Shown: positions 55,290 to 64,000 of the stretch, piece after piece | Position numbering within the stretch: position 1 is the stretch's first letter | How the letters are laid out: the number at the start of each line of letters is the position of its first letter | NCBI RefSeq assembly: GCF_009914755.1 | Contig: NC_060942.1 | Source of the DNA: the human T2T-CHM13v2.0 reference genome, Homo sapiens | Length of the DNA: 64,000 bases | Reading direction: 5' to 3' (one strand) | Notes under the pieces: generated by a model | Told to the model about the DNA's origin: nothing | The model's input: the letters and a program-made list of their open reading frames with translations, nothing else | Database searches by the model: none | Position numbers and translations under genes: made by a program

Positions 55290-56460
55290 CTAGGGGGAGA
55301 TGGACACTGAGTTGATGGTATTGGAAAAACTGCCTAGCTATTTGAGGGAAAAATCAGATTCTTAACTCACAATGCAATAAAGTACAAAAGCAATAAAGAC
55401 TTAAATGTAAAAACAAGCTCATAAAAATGCAAGTAGAAAAAAATAGGTGAATATCTAGGTGATTTTATGTAGAGCAACATAAAAAAATTAAAAAATACTT
55501 GATACATTTATCTAAATAAATCTTTAACATTTTTATGTATCAAAAATCATGAATAACATTAAAATGCAAAAAGTAAAATGGGAAAAAACTGCCACAATTA
55601 CAACAAAGGGCTGATACGTGGGGTTTATATAAATAGAGTTAAAAAAAATTAAGGCCTCAATAGAAAAACAGGCAAAGGACAGTAATAGATAGTTCACAAA
55701 AGAGAAAATGGCTAATGAACATCTGGAAAAGCTGTTCAATGGCAGTAGCCCTCCCAAAATACAAATAAAACAACAAAATCTTTTCTTTAGCCTATCAAAT
55801 TAGAAAAGATTTGTTTTTTTTGTTGTTGTTGTTTTTTTTTGTTTTGGCTGTGGTATCAGTCACTACGACTAGAGGCATTAGGAGAGAACAGCTCTCTTCA
55901 TCTATTGCTGCTTGGACTGAAAACTGCTAAAATCAATACGACAATATATTTCAAAAGCATTAGAAGTATTATATGAACCTAGTAATTCTTGTTATAGAAG
56001 TCTATCTTAACGAAATAATCTTAAACTCAGAGATTTATGCACACAGATTTTTGTTTAGCATAATTTACAATAGCAAAAACTGGGACTCACAGACACTCAA
56101 CAATAGAGAATTCTCTATTGTTTCTTAAAAAATGATACTAATATATCATATTGGTATGATATAAAATTAGACAGTCACTAAAAATGTTACAGATCCTTTT
56201 TAGTTACATGGGAGAAAATAAATATAAAAACAAGAATGCACAATTTTATACTCCATAGGTTCGTACCAAGGCTAAAAAAATAAAGGGTAAAAAGACTGAA
56301 AGAAATCATCAAAATATTAAAAGTGGTTAACTCTTACTGGTGAGAATAAGGGTGTTCTCGTTTGCTCCTTTATAGCTTGTTCTCTCATTTTATACTAAAT
56401 TGTCCATAATGAACGTGTATTACTTTCATAATCAGGAAAAAAAAATCATTATTTTCAAAG
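55290..56460 (+). mobile_element. Old L1 (L1ME-like) 3' region
   Basis: aaagacttaaatgtaaaa..caatagaaaaacaggcaaaggaca..aaatggctaatgaacat..cctatcaaattag. Confidence 0.75.
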
Positions 56461-57069
56461 AAAATCTCCAGAAGTAATCTTGCCTTTACCTGGTAAAAAA
56501 TATCAGAGGAAAACATTTTGATGAATTGTTTCATAGTACTTTTTAAAGCAGGATTTCGCAGTTCTATTCAAACATAAGTCCTGAAGTAATAACTAATTTT
56601 TGGCAGGGCAGTTAGTAAACAGTAACTAGGCAAAAATTGTGTCTTAAAAAATGATTAAACTATTAAAAAACACTAAAGAAAAAAATCCCTTATTTGTTCA
56701 AGATTTAAGTAAGAACAGAGACATTTCTGTTTTATTTACACCTTCATTATTAACTGACTTAAAAATTATACAGGGGGTATTTTGCTTCAGCCTTAATTTC
56801 TTGCTGTTTCTGAAAGTGTTGTTGTTTGATCTCAAGATCAGGAAGACTTATGATGTGGGGATAACTTTCCATAACCATTCTCCTCCACCTTCCCAGACTT
56901 CACTGCTTGCTTTTATAACTGTCTGTCCTTTCAAGGAAGTAACTGAAGATTCACATACTCGTGAGAATCCAAGTCTATTCCCCAGAGCCAGCCCCAGGCA
57001 AAATTGTTGAAGAGCTGAAGTTAGTGGTGCTCCCTATCCTGCTCTCAAATGCTTTAATTAAATGAAACA

Positions 57070-57300
57070 TTGCTAACTCTGTTGAGTATCTGCTACATAT
57101 CAGGCATTCTGTTAAGGACTTTCACCCATACTCTTTTATTTTATCATCACAAGCGTCTTGCAAGGGCTTATTTGTCTCATTTTAAAGACGAGGACTCAGA
57201 GGCCCAGAGAGGTTAAGAAAGTTGCCCTTGGTCACACAGCTAGGCACAGTCACCATTCAAATTCATAGCCAGATCTGTATCATTTGAAAGCTGTGCTTGC
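57070..57300 (-). mobile_element. MIR
   Basis: ttgagtatctgctacatatcaggca..gaggcccagagaggttaagaaagttgcccttggtcacacagcta. Confidence 0.75.
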
Positions 57301-57749
57301 TCTCACTGAGTGGGATCAATACTTCGTAATAGTCTTTCCATGCCTTTTAAACTCAATCATACAGATAGTTTATCCGCTTTCCAACTAAAATTCAAATTGT
57401 CCTTAATTTGAAACAGTCTAAAGCTTTTCAGTTTTCTTCTCAAATAATAGAAGCTTCCAGAAGAAAATGGATATCTGCCTAATTATATCTGGTAGCTCTA
57501 TCAGTTTAAACAGAACCTTATTAAAGGAATTTCAGCACTTTTCAGTTTTCTCAAATTGTCACACCTTTCACCAAACCACTTCATAGATAACAAGAAAATT
57601 CACGGGCTTGTCTTTCTTTGGGCTTAACATAATTTCCCCACTAATCTAAAGATCCCCCCAAAAGTTAATTAATTTCTCAGATTCCCTTGGTAACTAATCG
57701 AGAGTTTAAAACATTAATTCTCAAAGAATTTTTGACTCTTTAATCAATT

Positions 57750-57905
57750 CTAATTCTGTCCTAAGTAGCTATATGCCCTCAGGCAATTTACTTTGGGCCT
57801 CTGAGATACAAATTTCTCGTCTGTAAAAACCCGAATTAAAAGTATCGCCCTTCCTCTTGGGTTGTGGGTAGAATTAGATGAGATAATGTAAGTAAAGTTC
57901 TTGAT
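57750..57905 (+). mobile_element. MIR
   Basis: tttctcgtctgtaaaa..gggttgtgggtagaattagatgagataatgtaagtaaag. Confidence 0.7.
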
Positions 57906-58759
57906 ACATGGGGGGTGGGGGCGGGAGGGCTCAGCAAGGCACACCTTATTTCACACGTGCCTCTCCTTTGCATATTCATGTGTCCTCTATTTAAAGGCCA
58001 GTGTGTCATACTAAGGGTTTTCTCTTTCTTTTTCTCCAGGACACATTATATTTCCTACTCCTTAACTCTCTTCTAAGAGACCTTGTTTGTCAATCATGTA
58101 CTTATGCAACTTCTCCATTCTACATTACACTGAAGAACAAGACCTAACAGGATTTGATAAAACCAGTAACAGAACACTCTTCCATCTCCCTATCCACTTC
58201 CCCCTTCCCCTCCCCCCAAAACCAAAACCAAAACCAAAAAAACCTTACAAACAAACGGGGGAAAAAAAACCCCAGTGTGACAGAGAAAACCCAAAAGTTA
58301 TCAATTCAGTAATCTCCATTTAGTGTTAAAAAAAGAATGTCAAAAGGGTAGCTTGCAAGTAAGAATAAAAGAGGTTTTTCATGACCAGCTTTTCCCATTC
58401 TCTATTATCCCTCAGCGGCAGCTTTTGGTGTCTCTGGTACGAGGCAAGGTGTCGAGGGGGGCCATATTAACCCCCTGTGAATGCCTGGCCGATAATTAAC
58501 ATCTTGGGTCCAAGAACCGATACAATGAGCTGGGGGAACGGAATCTTTCTCAACCAGTAATAGGTAATTGAACGCTTTTGCTGATTTGATTATAAGGAAT
58601 AACTCTCGGTGATCAAAACCAAAGCTGGGTTAAAATCCTAAAGCTGGGGGACAGCTGAAGCACCCACTTCACGACTTAACGTTTCAGGAATATGAATTCT
58701 ATGTTCAGAAAATTTCCCCACACTCTTCTTCGCTGGCACATTCACTGATGTAGAAAATG

Positions 58760-59790
58760 CCAGGAGCCCCGGGGGTGTGATGTTTCCGGTGGATAATGTC
58801 TCCCGTTCCCTGCCCCGGGGCCCAGACAGTTGGTGCTTAAGCGTCTACAATGTAGAGTTTCCTGCATTTTCCTCGGGCCGCCATTTGTCTACCTGTCCCA
58901 TCCAGGACATCTCCCTAAATAATCTCTAAGTGGAAAAATCACGGTCCTCTAGGAGATTTATCCGGGAACGAACGTGCGTGGGGCAGTTCAAATTCCTGAG
59001 CTCAGATTTCGTTTCCCGCGGTCAGATGGTGCGGTCGGTGGGGCCCGAGGGATGCGCACAGCTGTGCCTGAGAGGTGCTGCTCTCCCGCCACCGAAGTCG
59101 CTGGGAAATTCTGCTGCACTGAGACATTTTAATCTCGGATGTTCTAATCCTGCGGGCAAAAAAAAAAAAAAAGTTTGAACCAGGTACTGGGCTTTTGTCA
59201 CGGTGAACCCCACCCGCGCCCCGCGCCGTCCCTTCATTCACTCAGGCGAGGTGGCTTGGATTTGCACCTCGTTGAAGAAGCCTCCCATGCGACATCTCCG
59301 CCAGCACCCCGCGCGGACTTGGCTGGGCGGCGGCGGGGAGTCAGCTTGTCACCGCACGGCGGCCGGGACCGCAGCCCCTGGGTGCGCAGTGCGCCTCTCG
59401 CTGCGCCCTCCTAGAGCGCGGGTCCCGTGCCTGTGCCCGGCGCGACGCGATCTCCCTGCTAGTCGGGCTCCGCGTGCTCCCCGCGCTTCCCGCAGCCTCC
59501 GCGCAGCCCGCAGCGCCCTCCAGCCCCGCCTCGCGGCCGCGGGAACCCGGCGCCTGCAGCCCCGCCCGGAACCGACCACCAGGCGCTGTTGCCGCCGGCC
59601 ACGCAACGCGGGGCCTCTGCCTGGCACCAGCCCCAGGTGCCTTGTCTCGGGTCGTGCTGTCGCGCGACACTGGGGACCCAACAGGCCGCCGGCTACTCAG
59701 CTGGCCCCGCAGCTTCCCTGCGGCTCAGCGGCCTCCCACCCAGGAGAAAACCACATTTGATGAGAGTTTTGAATCAAGCCGAGCGTTCCC
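58760..59790. promoter_or_regulatory. CpG island, probable promoter/first exon
   Basis: Only non-repeat CpG-dense, GC-rich region in the window. GC boxes (ccccgcct about 59524, ccccgccc about 59560) and an adjacent ETS-like ccggaa. Confidence 0.85.
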
Positions 59791-61827
59791 CCAGATGTTC
59801 AGCTACCTCAATTTCTAATGATTCCACAATCCCTTGTGATTCATCTCTTTCCTCCTAAGGGTTGCCAATGGCTCAAAGTTTAGACTTGGGATATAAAAAA
59901 CGCTATTCACAGCCTTATTAGGAGGAGTAGGTGGGGAAGGGGAACTGGATACTGAATGGATTTTTTAATCTACGGAGAAAAATCACTCAACTGAGACCCG
60001 GCCTCTTTAATTTTCCTTTCTGAATCTCAGTGACTTCCTCTATAAAATAAAATGCAAAACAATGATATCTCACCTGCGTCAGAAAGTTGGTCACATGGTC
60101 TCATGAAGTCTCTTTCAAGGCTAAGATCTCTATGATTTTGTGATCAGTAGATTGAAATTTAAGATTAGAAACAGGTTATTTCTTGAAAGCAGTAAATGGA
60201 GGGCATTATGTGTGAATCAAGTACCAGAAGCAGGGGGTCTTTGTCTCTCCCTCTCCCCAGATGGGGCAGGGTCTCCACACTCCGAAATGTTAGTGTCAGT
60301 AACACATAATCAGGAAGTCGAATATGCGGATTATCTAGTCCTTTAGGATTCTTTGCACCATTGATTCTTTCCACTAATATTGATAACCCAAAGTTAATGA
60401 CATATTGTGAGTTTCTCTTCTTTGCCTTCATGTTTTCAATCCTGGAGACAGAAAAAGGAACTAATTCTCTTCTTTTAAAACAAAAACAAAAACAGAAAAA
60501 ATCAATCCCATTGATCAATGTGGAAAACCAAAGACCCAAGACTCCCCTGTGCCAAATCCCTCCCATGACCCTCCACTGTGATTCAAATTGGAGTGTTCTG
60601 GAAAATGCCGGTTCGAATTGCAAGGAGGCAGAATCAATCTCTCTCTCTCTCTTCAAAGGAGACACAGGCTCTTCTCAGGGACATTCCCTTATGTCTTTTT
60701 GATGCAGGAGGTTTAAGAGTCTCCATCTTAAAGCCCGCTGAGTTGGCTGAATGCTGACTTTAGGTGCCCACTATGAGCAGTGTAGTGCCCAGTCCTCAGA
60801 AAGAATCTAGAGTATTTTTACAGAACGAATTGCCTTTGTTTACCTTTCTGAATCATTTCATGCATGTTGTTGTTTTTGACCCACCCTTTTGCTAGGATAC
60901 AAGAGCCAACCTTCTGTAAGAGGGGGAGAAAAAGAAGGAAGATGTGTGAGCTCCCCCTGGTGCTTTCCCGCATTCAGGCCAACTGAAAGGAGCTGCAAGG
61001 AAACACGTCTACACAGGCATCAGGAAAAAGAAAATATCTGGATTATTTCCTTTAAAAAGGCCTGTTTCCATGCTGATGGGCCTCAGAGCAAGACTTCCAG
61101 GCTTCGGGCCTGAATTCTGTATGTCATCTTAGGAGGAATTCTTGCCTTGTCAGAGAACGTGTTTCTAAAACAAAATTTCAAGTGGGGGATTTGCCAAGCT
61201 GTCCTGCGGACAGGATTACTCTTGGAATCAAACGGGATTACTTTTTGTCCAGAATTGTTCCCTTTGTTAGGCTAGTTATTCTTTGACTGAATAATTTTCA
61301 CACACTTCTCTTTGTATGTGTTGACAGCACAAAGATATCACAGGAATCTGGTACCAGCCAATTTGACTGGTGGTGACTTTAATTCCAGACAATATCTCCT
61401 ATCCTAATAATAACCTGTATTCGTAATGGCCTCTTTAACACTGGGGGTCAGGGACTTCTGTGGACTCCAGTCATCTGTGAAGATCGTCGGGGAGATTTCA
61501 CTCAGTCTATTCAGTATATCCAGTATAGTGGCCTGAAACAATTTATCAACGTGTAGTCAGTCAGTCCTGCTCTTGGTCCATACAGTGGAGAGTCTAAAAG
61601 ATGTGTGAAATACATTCCCTACCTACACATGGGCAAATCACTTAAAGGAGCAAACTTTAATGTTCACTAACATAGTTAAAATGGATGGGCCAACATTATC
61701 ATGGTTCTTTCACCTCCTAAGTAAATGCAAAGCTTTTCTTCACTCCATTTTGTATGTGTAATTTTGATTGAGTGGGAATCTTGTAAAGCCAAAAATGGAA
61801 CTGAAAGCCCACTCATAAGACCATAAG

Positions 61828-62153
<326 letters not shown>

Positions 62154-62964
62154 AAGACCATAAATCTTAATTAATCTAGTTCATAGTCTCAAATTCATTC
62201 TACTCTCTGATTTTTATTTCTCCCAACTTACTGTGTGCACGCACCCCCCCTTTTTAATGACATTTCTCTGATTTGCACTGCCATCCTCTCTCCTACTTCA
62301 GTGATCCAGCATCCACAATTCATTTTGTCATAGGTGAGGCTTACCTCTTTCCTGTCAGTTCTTCACCTGTACAGATTGCTTCCTTTTCTCTTTTTGCACT
62401 TATTGTTTGCAACACCCAATGACTTCTTGTAGAGAGCCCAATTCTGTAGTTGATAAAACCCACACATGCACGTATGTTACATCTGGCTCGGAATTGGAAG
62501 CTCCATGGAGAAAGGAAATGGCTTTTGTTTCTTCAGTATCTTCACACTCCCAAATGTGCTGATATCTTTAGTCGTTCTTAGCTAAATGAGTCAATTGAAA
62601 TAATAATCTGGAGGGATTTTTTTAAATCTCAAAAATTTTCTAAGTCCCATGTCTCTTAAATGAAAAATTGTCAAATGAAGGAGCCATTTTCAGGATTTTA
62701 ATTTATGTATTAATGGTACTCTACTTCCACCCCAAAAGGATTTAAGGTGAGCTTAAAATATTATGAAAATAAGATAAGATTATTAATTCCATCCATGCAA
62801 GCTCTAAAATCTTCTATTTCTAGATACTAATCTAAACAATGAAGAGGTTATTTTTTAAAGACAAAAGGTGTGCTTTATAATATCTCTCATTATCATGTTA
62901 AGAAAAAAAACCAAAAACACAGATAAAAAATTTCAGAAATATTTTTGCGTTTTCTTTGCATATC

Positions 62965-63000
62965 ATACACATACACACACACACATACATACATACACAG
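62965..63000. repeat. (CA)n/(CATA)n microsatellite
   Basis: Direct inspection. Confidence 0.85.
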
Positions 63001-64000
63001 TCACACTAGAACTGTACTGGCAGTGAACATAGGTTGTTTAAAGTATAGCTATTCAACTGTCATATAAAGTGAAATCTATATTTTCTCTCTCCCTATATGA
63101 CTATATATTTAACATCTCTATGCATATGTGTGTGCATACATATGTATATGTTATATACACACACTCCACATTATTATTTCAAAGGGGATTTTGCTCCTTC
63201 TGGCTACCAGCAATAACTAGTCAATATTTACACTCTTGAATATCGATGACATCATGCATACACAGGAAAGCTGTGGAAAACATCTCCATTTTCAAACAGA
63301 GTTTTAATTATTTGTAAAGACTTCAATTGTTCACTAATGTCATGGATTGGTCCTCACAGTGTGAAGTGCAACTGCCCAGATCCCCCACAGTATTATAAAT
63401 AGTCTTCTAAAGCCGGGTTGATTGATGTTTGGCATAAAACTCTATTCCTCTGAGCACATATATTCCTTCTGTTCACTATTTTCATAGAAAAATACCAGGG
63501 CTGATTTTTTATTCAAATCTCCAATTTATGCAGGGTTTAAACTACTAAATACTTAAAGCCGTTTTCAGATCTTTCCCCCCTTTTCTGTTAGGTAGGTAAC
63601 TAAATCTTTGGCTTCAATGCAAATAAGAATTGGAGATTTAGCAGATTTCCTGTGGGGGAGAGGAAGAGTTTATTAATTATATTGAGAATCAAATAATATG
63701 CTTCTTTGACACTAATGTTCCATCTTTCTCCACCCCAAGTATCCTATGGGACAACTTTAAAGCCTTTATCAGGGTCTAAATTACTGCATTTATGGTTCCT
63801 TAGAAGTAGGAATTTAATGAATGGCATTCTGAGTTGAAGAGAGAATTTGAAGGTTTAAGCTGCAACGGTGAAGCAATTTTTTTCAAAGTATGTGGCAGGG
63901 ATTGTAATATAAAACATCAAAAAAAGCACAATAAAATACATTTTCATGAGTGTTAATAAATTTTTAATACTGATGAAATGTAAATTTTTCCTTCATGACC

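Noticed and set aside
59575-59592. CTCF-like ccaccaggcgctg
   Set aside because: Lacks the GG of the CCASYAGRKGGC core, so the match is too weak to call.
58930-59858. Many overlapping Arg/Ala/Pro-rich ORFs of 70-185 aa
   Set aside because: Expected from stop-codon depletion in a GC-rich island. They occur in several frames on both strands, many have non-ATG starts, and none has a recognisable domain.
60165-60702. Overlapping 166-aa (-) and 113-aa (+) ORFs beside the CpG island
   Set aside because: Non-ATG starts, low-complexity (CAAAAA)n content and no homology recognised.

Overview
Primate (human-like/hominoid) genomic DNA, non-coding and repeat-rich: about 25 Alu/FLAM elements, MIR, L2, old L1, MaLR (THE1/MST/MLT1) LTRs and hAT MITEs. 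The window opens in the 5' UTR of a young L1PA2/3-type LINE-1 on the minus strand, which keeps its YY1 site, antisense promoter region and an open ORF0. One CpG island (about 58.76-59.79 kb) looks like a promoter, and there are a few isolated exon-like segments. I found no protein-coding gene I can recognise and I do not name the locus. Most ORFs in the supplied track are Alu-derived, repeat shadows or chance. The most interesting signal is a set of very old transposon coding fossils in sequence that looks unique, found by manual translation: a Ty3/gypsy pol (about 11.6-12.4 kb), an RTE-like reverse transcriptase (about 15.0-16.8 kb), a possible MULE transposase (about 32 kb), a fragmented CR1/L3 (46-53 kb) and a non-LTR RT fragment (about 54.5 kb). 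Repeat subfamily names come from recalled consensus sequences, not database searches, and many boundaries are approximate. No prokaryotic-type systems (CRISPR etc.) are present.
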